A model generated the notes under the pieces. It was not told the DNA's origin. It made no database searches and saw only the letters and a program-made list of their open reading frames with translations. A stretch of DNA of 58,594 nucleotides from a virus (lineage: Duplodnaviria > Caudoviricetes). A program made the translations under genes and the position numbers. The stretch's first letter is position 1. Every line of letters starts with the position of its first letter. Location of the stretch: the IMG/VR virus record IMGVR_UViG_3300025520_000140, positions 1 to 58,594 of that record; one strand, written 5' to 3'. Shown here in pieces: positions 48,680 to 58,351 of the stretch.

Positions 48680-49609
48680 ATGGCGATATTGGGAAAGACA
48701 CTTATGGATGCCGGGTTTGATGGCATCTTCTCCGAGGTGTCACACGATGAAAAACTGGGGCTGATAAATCCCCACCATTTGCGCTTGTTCCAACTAAGTG
48801 TGGTTGACAATGCGTTTACTTTTGATGCGCTGAAGAGATTTCTTCTCATTAATATCGGGCAGTACATCTACTCGCGGGAACGCATCAAGAAATTTATGGA
48901 CGAAAAAGAGATTACGCTTATCGGTTTAAAAGCGGTAGAACTGCTGCGTAATCGCTGCAATGGCGATTTGACTTGGCTCGGCGACGAATTGGGTGACCTT
49001 ATGCTGTATGTCTTTTTGGAGCAGATTCTTAACGCTCCGAAGGTGTTTAGCAAGTTTGACTTTCCTGCTGATGGGTATCTTGTGCCGGGGAGCAGCGGCG
49101 TACACCTGCTTCAACCTGACAACGTTATTCCGACTTACCAGATGGTTTTTGGCAAGTCACGCATCGTCGGCGACCCGCGTGACGCGATAGATGCAGCCTT
49201 TGTTACGCTTGAAGCCATAAAGAATGATACTTCCCGCGAAATGCGGCTCGTGGAAAGCACGGCGTTTGACAAGCAGTTCGCGCCGGAAGTCGCCGATCTT
49301 CTGCAAAGCCTCATTCTGCCAAGCAAAGGTCAATCTCCCACCCACGACACGGCTTTTGGCGTATTCCTTGGCTACTCGCTGGGATTAGATGTAGATGGCT
49401 ACACATCAGAGCAGTTCCGCGCCGAGTTGGAGCGGAAAATGAAACTCGACATTAAGAACCACGTCACCTACATAGTAGACAAAATCAAGGCCGCAAAAAT
49501 GGAGAGGTATTCGTTTTACTTTTACTTTTTGCCCTTCAACAAGGCAGATGGCGAGAAGCAGAGCATAATGGGTTCGCTCCTCGGGCTTAAGGGAGGGGCT
49601 GTAGGATGA
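48680..49609 (+). CDS. hamA: Hachiman A-like (DUF1837) protein, catalytic motif degenerate
   Basis: G.LMLY..LE..L.APK..SK...GVH...FG.S, FGVFLGY, FY.Y.LPF; ATGA-coupled to an SF2 helicase. Confidence 0.75.
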   Translation: MAILGKTLMDAGFDGIFSEVSHDEKLGLINPHHLRLFQLSVVDNAFTFDALKRFLLINIGQYIYSRERIKKFMDEKEITLIGLKAVELLRNRCNGDLTWLGDELGDLMLYVFLEQILNAPKVFSKFDFPADGYLVPGSSGVHLLQPDNVIPTYQMVFGKSRIVGDPRDAIDAAFVTLEAIKNDTSREMRLVESTAFDKQFAPEVADLLQSLILPSKGQSPTHDTAFGVFLGYSLGLDVDGYTSEQFRAELERKMKLDIKNHVTYIVDKIKAAKMERYSFYFYFLPFNKADGEKQSIMGSLLGLKGGAVG

Positions 49610-52230
49610 CTGACAAATATGGCATCAGCTTGGGCAATGTTATCTTTGCAGGCATCGACCGCAACCCTTACCTGATTGAGTTGTACAACCATATACTGTA
49701 CAACTATGCATTGTCCCTCTTTGGCATCACACAGATGGAGCCGAAAGAGGTTGATGTCGAGGCAGCTCTCCGTTTTGCCGATGTCCTCTCGAAGTCCACC
49801 GACAAGGAGAAGTCCGACAGACACAAGATTTGGGCGCAGGAAATCGTTGCGCTTTTAAAGGCGACCCAACCTGACAATCCCGCCGTGCTTGAATATTTTG
49901 GTTCAGTTCTTATGAGTACCGAGAACTTTCGCGGTCTTGCTATGAATGCACCTCAATTTCAGAGTCGAACGTTGCTCGACAGGTTCTACACGGAATTTTG
50001 CAGGGAGCTTCTAAGCATCCCGGCTGACAAAGAGAAACAGTTCTTCCGTTCACAGAAGGAAGTTTACGACCGCCTGACCGAACCGTACTTTAGTTATTCG
50101 GGACCAACCTCAATGGGCAAGTCTTTTGTTATGCGCATGTTTATCAAAAAGCAGGTTATGGACGGCTCGAACCTGAACTTTGCCATCCTTGTCCCAACGA
50201 AGGCTCTGATAAACGAAGTATACAGCAAAATCATCGAGGACTTAAAAATCGATGAAAAGAGAGGCTATCTCGCCGAGCGCAATTACACTCTTGTGACCGC
50301 GGCAGGTGCGCTGCAATTAAAAAAAGGCGACATGAACTTCATCTTTGTCCTTACGCCGGAGCGGTTGCTATACTTGCTTATCGGGAAGCCAGATGTGAGG
50401 ATTGACTACCTCTTCATCGACGAGGCACACAAGATTTCAGCAAAGGACAGCCGCAGTGCGTTCTACTACAAGGTTGTGGATATGATTTCCCAAAGGCAAA
50501 AACCGCACGTCATATTTGCTTCGCCGAATATCCCAAACCCAGAGGTGTATTTAAAACTACTGCCCGACGCGGATATGGAAGCCGACCGTAAACTGGCCAC
50601 CTCGTTTTCGCCGGTCAGCCAGATAAAGATTCTGGTGGATTTGATATGCGGCGAGATAAAGACATTTAACTCCTATACCGAGCAGCTTGATACGGTGACG
50701 AGTTTTCCGCACGGGGTAAACCTCCACCAGATTATCGTTTCGGTATGCCGTCGACAGGACGATCGAAAAATGCAGAATATCGTCTATTTCAATTCAAAGG
50801 AAAAGGCGGTTGAATATGCGCTCGACTTTGCCAAGAATGTGCCGGAGCAAAACGATGAGGCTCTGACCTCGTTAGCGAAAGAAATAAGGAACGAGGTTCA
50901 CGGCGATTACTACCTTGCCGATATAGTCACAAAGGGTGTGGCTTACCATATTGGCTACTTGCCCGCTTCTATTCGGGTGAGAATAGAGGATCTGTATCGC
51001 GACCGTAAAATCCACACGTTGTTCTGTACCAGCACCTTATTGGAGGGAGTTAATCTGCCTGCTGACAACCTGTTTATTACTACCTATGGCAAAGGTCGTG
51101 GCAGGTCAAAGATGAAGGCCGTTGACTTCAAGAATCTAATAGGGCGCGTGGGGCGTATTGAGTACAATCTCTACGGCAACGTCTTTCTTGTTCGACTCGA
51201 AAGTAAGACTACTACCGAGGGCTTTATTGAGTTGCTTAAGCAAGAAGTGCCGAAACAGGAACTGTCCCTTGTTTCTGAACTGACAGACAGTCACAAGAAA
51301 CAGATTGTGGCTTGCCTTCTGGAGGGCGACATTGGACTTGATAATGTGAAAATCAAATCTAAAGAGTTGTACAAGCTAATCCGTAAATTTGCCTTGATAC
51401 TGTTGCGCGATATAACCCAGGACAACAACAGCATTGTCCGCCGCGAGTTTGCGCCATACTTGCAGGGCAATACCGAGGCTAAAATTAAAGAAGCTTTTCG
51501 CAAGATGGACAGCGCGCCGGACGATGACATTAATATATCCGTTGATCAGACGAAAAGCCTGTATGGAGCCATAGCGAATGGTCTCAGTTATCCTTCGCTT
51601 ACTGCCGAGCGAAATGTCGACTATAATACCTTGATGGATTTCCTGACAGAGTTAAGCGGAGTATTCAATTGGAGAAAATATGACAGCGAGAGCATTGGCA
51701 ACAACAACCGCTTAAAATGGTACGGCGTAGTACTGAGTCGCTGGATTAACGGCCACGGACTGAGCTTCATCATGAAAGAGTCAATCGACTACTATAGAAG
51801 GAATCCAGAAAAGAAGGTTCAAATCAACAACAAGCTGGAGGTATACAACGGCTCCAAGCGGCACATAAACAGTCTGATTGGTGAAACATTGGAAGCTATT
51901 GAGCGGGTTATCCTATTCAGCCTTTCAAACTACTTCTTGAAGTTTTCGGAAGCGTACAAGCGGTATCATCATATCGAGGGTGATCTGAAGAATGATTGGT
52001 ATGAGTATGTCGAATATGGGACAACGAATCCGCTCACGATATTTCTTCAGCGAAACGGATTCTCACGTGAAACGGCTATGTATATACGGCAGCACCGCAC
52101 CGAATACGTCACCGGTTTAGAAGTTGCCGACCCCAAGCTGAAGCAAAGCCTTGCCCAATGCGGCAACTTTAGCGTCGAACTTGAGGTCGCAGATATGATG
52201 TATAACAATCCCGAGCTGTTTGTGGATTGA
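49606..52230 (+). CDS. hamB: Hachiman B-like SF2 (Ski2-like DEAH) helicase
   Basis: SGPTSMGKS, PTKAL, TPER, DEAH, CTSTLLEGVNLPA, NLIGRVGR, EYGT. Confidence 0.85.
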   Translation: MTDKYGISLGNVIFAGIDRNPYLIELYNHILYNYALSLFGITQMEPKEVDVEAALRFADVLSKSTDKEKSDRHKIWAQEIVALLKATQPDNPAVLEYFGSVLMSTENFRGLAMNAPQFQSRTLLDRFYTEFCRELLSIPADKEKQFFRSQKEVYDRLTEPYFSYSGPTSMGKSFVMRMFIKKQVMDGSNLNFAILVPTKALINEVYSKIIEDLKIDEKRGYLAERNYTLVTAAGALQLKKGDMNFIFVLTPERLLYLLIGKPDVRIDYLFIDEAHKISAKDSRSAFYYKVVDMISQRQKPHVIFASPNIPNPEVYLKLLPDADMEADRKLATSFSPVSQIKILVDLICGEIKTFNSYTEQLDTVTSFPHGVNLHQIIVSVCRRQDDRKMQNIVYFNSKEKAVEYALDFAKNVPEQNDEALTSLAKEIRNEVHGDYYLADIVTKGVAYHIGYLPASIRVRIEDLYRDRKIHTLFCTSTLLEGVNLPADNLFITTYGKGRGRSKMKAVDFKNLIGRVGRIEYNLYGNVFLVRLESKTTTEGFIELLKQEVPKQELSLVSELTDSHKKQIVACLLEGDIGLDNVKIKSKELYKLIRKFALILLRDITQDNNSIVRREFAPYLQGNTEAKIKEAFRKMDSAPDDDINISVDQTKSLYGAIANGLSYPSLTAERNVDYNTLMDFLTELSGVFNWRKYDSESIGNNNRLKWYGVVLSRWINGHGLSFIMKESIDYYRRNPEKKVQINNKLEVYNGSKRHINSLIGETLEAIERVILFSLSNYFLKFSEAYKRYHHIEGDLKNDWYEYVEYGTTNPLTIFLQRNGFSRETAMYIRQHRTEYVTGLEVADPKLKQSLAQCGNFSVELEVADMMYNNPELFVD

Positions 52231-52350
52231 GATATGGGCTTGTGATCCGACAAGAACTTCTCGTTGCACAAAAACAGATTTACGCGGACGCAGTAAGTAG
52301 GTATTCTGTCTTTAGTATACTAAAGCCCAAACACTCCGAAGGAGGCCTAT

Positions 52351-54078
52351 ATGAGGATAACTTGTGTTAAGGTTTCAAATTACAGGAACATCGATGGAAT
52401 AAACGTCAATTTCAACCCGGAGTGTAATTACATCATTGGGGAGAACAACCTTGGAAAAAGCAATTTCCTTTCTCTCCTCAGCACCATATGCAACGGAAAG
52501 GGTTTTGACGACAATGACTTCACTGATCCCGCAAAGCCCATAGAAATTGAAATGGATATAAAACTGCTCCCGAATGAGCAGGGTTTTTTTGGAGACAATT
52601 TTTCGCCCGAAGATGCTTCGTTGCTAAAGATTCGCTATCAACAAGCAATGAGGGACGCTTACCCGACCATCGTCAGCGCAGACTCAAACGAAAGCATCCA
52701 GACACGGCTCATAAGGAAAATCAACTTCCTTAAATATGAGACTACTTCTATTCCAAGCAGGGAATTACGCCTTGATTCGCAAAAAGGTGCTGGGCTTCTC
52801 ATAGGTAGAATAATTGAGATGTTTATCACTGATGGAGCGCCGGTATTCCTGAATGACGAGCAGGTTGGCGACTTAATAGATTTCATCAACAAGCATTTGG
52901 GGAAAATCCGTAGCTTTCGCGACTATTCCATTAAGGCAACGGTCTCACCAAATACAACCGAAATGTTGACGAGACTTTTTTATCTGTCTGATGGTGATAG
53001 AAAAATAGACACAACGGGCAGCGGTGTCCAATATATGGCGATGGCTTCTATAAACATCCTGTGCCAAATTATGGAGTTGTACAAAAGCAAGTCAACTCCG
53101 TTTGAGGAACAGATTTATACGGACGACAACGGCAAAAAGCTATTGCCGCTAGTACTATCGATTGACGAACCTGAGGTGCATCTTAACCCTTATTTGCAGA
53201 GGTCGCTCATCGGCTACTACAAAAGGATTCTACGTAACGAGGATGCCGAGTTTGCAGAACTGCTAAAGAGCTGCTTTAACGTGGATGGCATCGCCGGACA
53301 GTTGATTATCGTCACCCACTCGACGGACGCTTTGGTTGGGGATTACCGTAACCTAATCCGTTTCTACAAGGATGGGGAAAGGACTGCGGTCGTAAGCGGT
53401 GCAGACCCAAGCATGAGTTTTACTTCCGTTAACGAAAAACACCTGATAATGCATTTCCCTGAAATAAAGGAAGCTTTCTACGCTAAATGCGCCATGGTGA
53501 TTGAGGGCGAAACGGAGTACGGGTGCGTAAACACTTTTGCCGACAAAGGTGGCGTCGCTTTGGACGACTACGGAATTTGCGTGATAAATGCAAGGGGCGA
53601 GGGTTCAATTAAACCGCTCCGACAGCTACTGGAACGATTCCATGTGCCGAGCATCGCTATTTACGACGGCGATGTAAAGGCGGGTCATACGGCAGCCGCT
53701 GACGAGTTTTATACAACGGAATTGTGCTTTGAAATCGAGATTGTCAAAGCGCTGTACGCCAACGGCAATGCCTCACTTGTCCGCCAGATAGCGCTGGATT
53801 TAGATAACAAAGCTGAATCGATAACAATGGATGCAGATTTCGTTCGTAAGCACTTCAAAAAGATGGGCATAGATATCAATAGCTACTCACCAAAGAAGCT
53901 GTCAGATGTAAGCGACACCAACGAAATTGAGTTCTGTCAGATGTATTCAGCGTGGTTCATGGCTAAAAAAGGCGTCCTCCTTGGGCGGATTATTGGCGAC
54001 ACGCTTCCCTCCGAACTTATTCCCGCATGCTATATCAATGCGATAAAAAAAGCGCAGGAGGTAGCTGCGAATGGCTAA
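52351..54078 (+). CDS. gajA: OLD-family ABC ATPase-TOPRIM nuclease (Gabija GajA-like)
   Basis: GENNLGKS, GSGVQ, IDEPEVHL.P, VTHS, IEGETE, YDGD. Confidence 0.8.
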   Translation: MRITCVKVSNYRNIDGINVNFNPECNYIIGENNLGKSNFLSLLSTICNGKGFDDNDFTDPAKPIEIEMDIKLLPNEQGFFGDNFSPEDASLLKIRYQQAMRDAYPTIVSADSNESIQTRLIRKINFLKYETTSIPSRELRLDSQKGAGLLIGRIIEMFITDGAPVFLNDEQVGDLIDFINKHLGKIRSFRDYSIKATVSPNTTEMLTRLFYLSDGDRKIDTTGSGVQYMAMASINILCQIMELYKSKSTPFEEQIYTDDNGKKLLPLVLSIDEPEVHLNPYLQRSLIGYYKRILRNEDAEFAELLKSCFNVDGIAGQLIIVTHSTDALVGDYRNLIRFYKDGERTAVVSGADPSMSFTSVNEKHLIMHFPEIKEAFYAKCAMVIEGETEYGCVNTFADKGGVALDDYGICVINARGEGSIKPLRQLLERFHVPSIAIYDGDVKAGHTAAADEFYTTELCFEIEIVKALYANGNASLVRQIALDLDNKAESITMDADFVRKHFKKMGIDINSYSPKKLSDVSDTNEIEFCQMYSAWFMAKKGVLLGRIIGDTLPSELIPACYINAIKKAQEVAANG

Positions 54079-55894
54079 TGCTAATCTTGGGGAAATCAAG
54101 GATAAAATCTCAAGGCAACACGAGGGTGATGAGAAGCAGCTTGAAGTCATTTTCTCCGACAGTCCTCGTATTATTGTAGAAGCACCAGCGGGCTATGGGA
54201 AGACCACGACTATGATTAGCCGGATTGCTTATTTGTTTGCTTCCGGCGGCATTCCGAATCCCAAACGGATTCTTGGATTGACCTTTAGCGTCAACGCTGC
54301 GTTGAAAGTTAAGCGTGAGGTAGCCGAAAAACTGCCCGCTCTACTCGGCTCTCAAAACAGTCTTGTGTCATTGAGCGATAAAGTTACCGTCACGAACTAC
54401 CACGGTTTTTGTAAGGGGATTCTAAAAAAGTATGGTTACCTCATTGCCGATGCTTTGAGAAAGGACGTTAATCTTTTTCGGGCAGTCGGTGACAGTGAGA
54501 TTGATAGGCATGCAAACCTTAAAACCGCTTTGTTGCTGCAGGAACTTGAGCAACTCAAAGCTGTAGAAACCGCAATAAAGGAAGCTCGCATCCCCGATTT
54601 GCAGACTATACGCAACTACAACGAAATAGTCATCAAGAAGCTGTTGCCATTGGATTTTATTACCCACAATGCAATACTTCTGCTTGTTATAGAAATTTTC
54701 GACCTCTTTGCCGAAATAAGGAAGTTCTACCAAAGCTACTTTCCTCTTATAGTCGTCGACGAGTTTCAAGACACAAATTGTATTGCGTGGAGTTTGCTCG
54801 AAGCAGTTATTACCGACCGCACCCAGTTGGTTTTTCTAGGTGACCCGCTACAACGGATATACGGTTTCATCGGCGCATTACCGGATATAATGACGACGGT
54901 CGCCGAAAAATACTGCATGACCAAGGTGGTTTTGTCAAAGAACTACAGGTTTCGCAACAATCCAGAAATGCTCAAGCTTGATAGAAACATCAGAGAAAAC
55001 GCCGCCTCCTGTTTTACATCAATATTTCAAGATGCAGACGTGGCGCAATTGCCGGCATTCTGGGGTAGCACACAACAAGACGAGGCAAATAAGGTCGCTG
55101 CGAAAGTACAAAGCCTTATGAGTAGCGGCACAGATAAAATTGCGATCCTTTTTAGGAGCCGTGGCAAAAACGCTGAAATTGTAGAAGCTGAACTCGCGAA
55201 GCGCAGTGTGCCGTACTTCTACGGAATGTTTACCGATGAAGACCCCGACTATGTTGACTTTCATAACAAGTGCCACGAGATGTTCATTAAAAAGTTTGGG
55301 AAATTCAAGAATATAAATAAGAAAGCGTTGATTACTTTTTCAGATAGCGTAAAAATGGCGTATGCATTAACAAGCGGCAAGACGGTCAATTCCCTACTTC
55401 GGCTGCTTGATGCCCTCGTTGAAAAAGTCTCTATAGACTACGCTGACCTTTTGTCCGAGGATAAATATGGATTGCTTCTGGACATATTTGAGAATCGGCA
55501 GTTGAAACAGGCAATGGAATATGTAGACTCGCAAGTCATCCTTTCGACCGTTCACGGCGCGAAAGGTCTTGAATGGGACTATGTTATCCTTTCGGATGTG
55601 GAACAGTGGGTGCTTACATTCATTTGCCATTCGTGTACAAGTGCCGATAAGAATAACTCAACCATCAACTATTGCCGCCTACCCCAGATGATTCCTGATA
55701 ATATGAAAACCACCATACTTGATGACCTTTGTGTCTTTTATGTTGGATTAACGAGAGCAAGAAAGCAAGCGTATATATCGGCGAGCGCCGAACGGTTCAA
55801 TGCACAGGGGCGGCAATTTACTAACGGCAAGATTTGCTGCTTGGCTTTGATTAACGGCGTAAAACTTGTTAAAGCGGAGTCTGTCGCTATTTAG
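54071..55894 (+). CDS. gajB: UvrD-like SF1 helicase (Gabija GajB-like)
   Basis: APAGYGKT, VDEFQD, GDPLQ.IYGF, NYR, TVHGAKGLEW, YVGLTRA; overlaps the OLD gene. Confidence 0.8.
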   Translation: MANANLGEIKDKISRQHEGDEKQLEVIFSDSPRIIVEAPAGYGKTTTMISRIAYLFASGGIPNPKRILGLTFSVNAALKVKREVAEKLPALLGSQNSLVSLSDKVTVTNYHGFCKGILKKYGYLIADALRKDVNLFRAVGDSEIDRHANLKTALLLQELEQLKAVETAIKEARIPDLQTIRNYNEIVIKKLLPLDFITHNAILLLVIEIFDLFAEIRKFYQSYFPLIVVDEFQDTNCIAWSLLEAVITDRTQLVFLGDPLQRIYGFIGALPDIMTTVAEKYCMTKVVLSKNYRFRNNPEMLKLDRNIRENAASCFTSIFQDADVAQLPAFWGSTQQDEANKVAAKVQSLMSSGTDKIAILFRSRGKNAEIVEAELAKRSVPYFYGMFTDEDPDYVDFHNKCHEMFIKKFGKFKNINKKALITFSDSVKMAYALTSGKTVNSLLRLLDALVEKVSIDYADLLSEDKYGLLLDIFENRQLKQAMEYVDSQVILSTVHGAKGLEWDYVILSDVEQWVLTFICHSCTSADKNNSTINYCRLPQMIPDNMKTTILDDLCVFYVGLTRARKQAYISASAERFNAQGRQFTNGKICCLALINGVKLVKAESVAI

Positions 55895-55927
55895 CAAGGG
55901 TGTGCATGGCTTATAATCGTTAAAACT

Positions 55928-55960
55928 TGCACCGCCTTGAAATCAGGAGCGGTGCATTTT
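55928..55960 (+). terminator. Probable terminator after the defence block
   Basis: TGCACCGC-N13-GCGGTGCA-TTTT. Confidence 0.65.
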
Positions 55961-56100
55961 ATCAATTCATTGTTACTTTGCCAAAGAAATATTACGCGAA
56001 CAAGGCTACTGAGGAATCAGTAGCCGCTTTTCTTGCTTGCCGTTACTCCAGTCAGGCCATGTTATATCACTAGAAGCGGTGGACTTGTCGGGCGTCTAGC

Positions 56101-56136
56101 TTGCTATCAGCCATACAATAGCGTACAATTGTTGTA
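56101..56136 (+). promoter_or_regulatory. TA promoter with overlapping operator
   Basis: TTGCTA-17-TACAAT; palindrome TACAA-TTG-TTGTA over the -10; second TACAAT 10 bp upstream. Confidence 0.7.
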
Positions 56137-56153
56137 AAGGGAGTGAAGCTGAA

Positions 56154-56471
56154 ATGCCCAAATCGTCTAGCATTTACACGCGGGTTGAACCTGAAATTAA
56201 AGAGCAGGCCGAACAGATACTGTCAAAGCTCGGCATTCCAGTAGCGAGTGCGGTGAATCTGTTTTTACATCAGGTTGTCTTGCGTAAAGGGATTCCATTC
56301 AGTGTCTGCCTGCCTCCCAACACGCCCTTTGACTATTCGGCTTTGACAGCCGAGCAGTTTGATGAGGAAATGCAAAAAGGCCTCACTAGCTTCGACGCTG
56401 GCAGGATTGTATCGTCTGCGGACGTGAGAGCCAAGATGCAACGGCAATACTGCGTATGCGATGGAAAGTGA
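56154..56471 (+). CDS. RelB/DinJ-family antitoxin
   Basis: RVEPEIKEQAE.IL..LG...S.AV.LFL.Q.....GIPF. Confidence 0.88.
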   Translation: MPKSSSIYTRVEPEIKEQAEQILSKLGIPVASAVNLFLHQVVLRKGIPFSVCLPPNTPFDYSALTAEQFDEEMQKGLTSFDAGRIVSSADVRAKMQRQYCVCDGK

Positions 56472-56785
56472 TTTACGCGGAAGATGCCGTGCAGGACCTG
56501 CAGGGCGTATTTGACTATATTTCCGATGTTTTGCTTGAGCCTATTGTAGCCGCAAGGCAAGTAGACCGAATCATGGATGCGGCAGATTCCCTTGACCACA
56601 TGCCGCTGCGTCATCGTCTGTATGATAGGGAGCCGTGGCGGTCTAGGGGTTTGCGCGTTATGCCTGTCGATAACTATCTGGTGTTTTATTTACCGGACGA
56701 AGCAAAGAAGATCGTTGCGATTATCCGCATAATGTACGGGAGGCGCGACATCGGCACGCACTTACTCCGGGATCCTAGCTGTTGA
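56456..56785 (+). CDS. RelE/ParE-family toxin
   Basis: A..DL..V.DYI, L..MP.R, Y.VFY, V.I.RI.YGRRD. Confidence 0.88.
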   Translation: MRWKVIYAEDAVQDLQGVFDYISDVLLEPIVAARQVDRIMDAADSLDHMPLRHRLYDREPWRSRGLRVMPVDNYLVFYLPDEAKKIVAIIRIMYGRRDIGTHLLRDPSC

Positions 56786-56888
56786 AACGGCGAAGACCTA
56801 AAGTCACACTAATCAAGGACTCGGGCAGAGCCCCAGTGAGGTTGCTAGGCCTCTTGCGTGATCCGCTTGCACTTGCGCATTGAGTCCG

Positions 56889-56949
56889 GCACTCGGAGAA
56901 GCCCTGATCAGCATGCCTTCGGACGGTGGGTTCAACTCCCCCCGCCTCC
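56889..56949 (+). repeat. attR-like copy of the 61-bp ssrA 3' end (lacks ACCA)
   Basis: Identical to 1182-1242. Confidence 0.9.
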
Positions 56950-56961
56950 GGGGCGAAGACC

Positions 56962-58077
56962 TCACCTCTGTTCGATTCTGACTAACTGTGCATAGCCAAA
57001 CCGATCCCTTCCCACATAAAAACGGCCTGAGAAGGATCGCACATATTCGGATATCGCTACGGGGGCTTCTCGGTCAACGTAGTTGTGGTACACCAAAACC
57101 TGTCCGGGGAAAATCCGATCGGGGTCTTTGATGCCGTTGCGTTCAAAGAATCGTTCACGCTCAGCCAGCCCAAACCTTATGCTCATTCTGTACTGCTGAG
57201 GCAGCGCATTGCCGATCCAGGCCAAGCTATTTCCCGGTTGAACAATAATCTCTGTGGTGCTTGCGTGTACCCACACATCATCGGGTCGATTCTCCACCTC
57301 GACGTAAGCGATCTCGTATTTGCCCGGTTCTATATAGAGCTCAGCGGGGAACACGCGCCTCCCATTTTTTATGACATACCAAAGCCCTGATTTTCTGTGC
57401 ACAAACCGGGCATTTTCTTCATCGTAGACGAAGCCTGGCAGTTGGATGGTTCTGTTGTACGCCGGGTGCAGTGCTTTTGGAAGCTTATCAATAGCATCGT
57501 AGTCGAGCATAAATATCTGTCGTTGCTCATCGTAAATCAGGTCAGGCTGCCCCTGCGGCAAATCGGCTATGGGAACACCTGAATAGCGGTAGGGCGCGAA
57601 GGTCGACGCTGACCGCAGGATGTTGCCATGCCGGTCGAGTAAAAGTTCAATTTGATAAATGCCGGTCCCAGTATAGATATGAGCCCTACGTCCATAGGCC
57701 ACATTCTCCATTCGAGGGACGCCATAAGGGCCACTGCCAGAGAATGAGGTGTGTATTAAGAATGCGATTGCACCTCGTTCCCTGTCTCGTGGGCTGACGG
57801 GATCGAAACTCCCATATTTCTCGTCAAGGAAGTCGGGGAACGGGTAATCCAGCAAGAACGCCTCAACTACTTGTCTGCAATAGATACTTCCGCCCTCCCC
57901 CCAGTTCACTACAGACGACAGACGTACACAACGTGCTACTTTGACTTGCTCACTCAGTGGCAAGTCGGCCACAAAAACTCCCGAATAGTCCTTGCTACAA
58001 CCAGGCATAACCAGCACAGCGGCTGCGGCTACGATAATAAGGCTGATTGTCAGAGCGGCAACGGCACCTCTTCGCAT
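56962..58077 (-). CDS. Secreted/lipoprotein with C-terminal LysM-like domain
   Basis: MRR plus hydrophobic stretch plus MPGC lipobox-like site; VQPGNSL..I...NGIKDPDRIFPGQVL. Confidence 0.65.
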   Translation of the reverse strand: MRRGAVAALTISLIIVAAAAVLVMPGCSKDYSGVFVADLPLSEQVKVARCVRLSSVVNWGEGGSIYCRQVVEAFLLDYPFPDFLDEKYGSFDPVSPRDRERGAIAFLIHTSFSGSGPYGVPRMENVAYGRRAHIYTGTGIYQIELLLDRHGNILRSASTFAPYRYSGVPIADLPQGQPDLIYDEQRQIFMLDYDAIDKLPKALHPAYNRTIQLPGFVYDEENARFVHRKSGLWYVIKNGRRVFPAELYIEPGKYEIAYVEVENRPDDVWVHASTTEIIVQPGNSLAWIGNALPQQYRMSIRFGLAERERFFERNGIKDPDRIFPGQVLVYHNYVDREAPVAISEYVRSFSGRFYVGRDRFGYAQLVRIEQR

Positions 58078-58351
58078 GCAATTACACCTCTCTTCATTAG
58101 TCGATTAGCGGTATGGCGCGAGAATGATTCGCCGAAACCGCGCGTGTGTTACGCGAGTTAGGCTTAGCCCGAGTACCAGAAACACTGCGGTCGACGAGCG
58201 GAGACCTTGAGGAAACATTAACCTATTATGGGCCGAAAGTAAAGAAATGCGCACGTTCCAGGTGGAGCGTTGCGCGTAAACATGTCTTCTAAGGCACACT
58301 GCAGGGAGACATACTTAAATCCCCGGCAAGGGAAGGAGGCGATAGTTTGTT

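Larger units (their letters stand above)
1182..56949. mobile_element. Prophage plus defence cargo integrated at the ssrA 3' end
   Basis: 61-bp flanking direct repeats; full phage module set; recombinases at one end and defence genes at the other. Confidence 0.9.

Noticed and set aside
56889-56949. Separate tRNA gene
   Set aside because: Only a T-arm and 3' acceptor strand identical to ssrA; no 5' half and no CCA.
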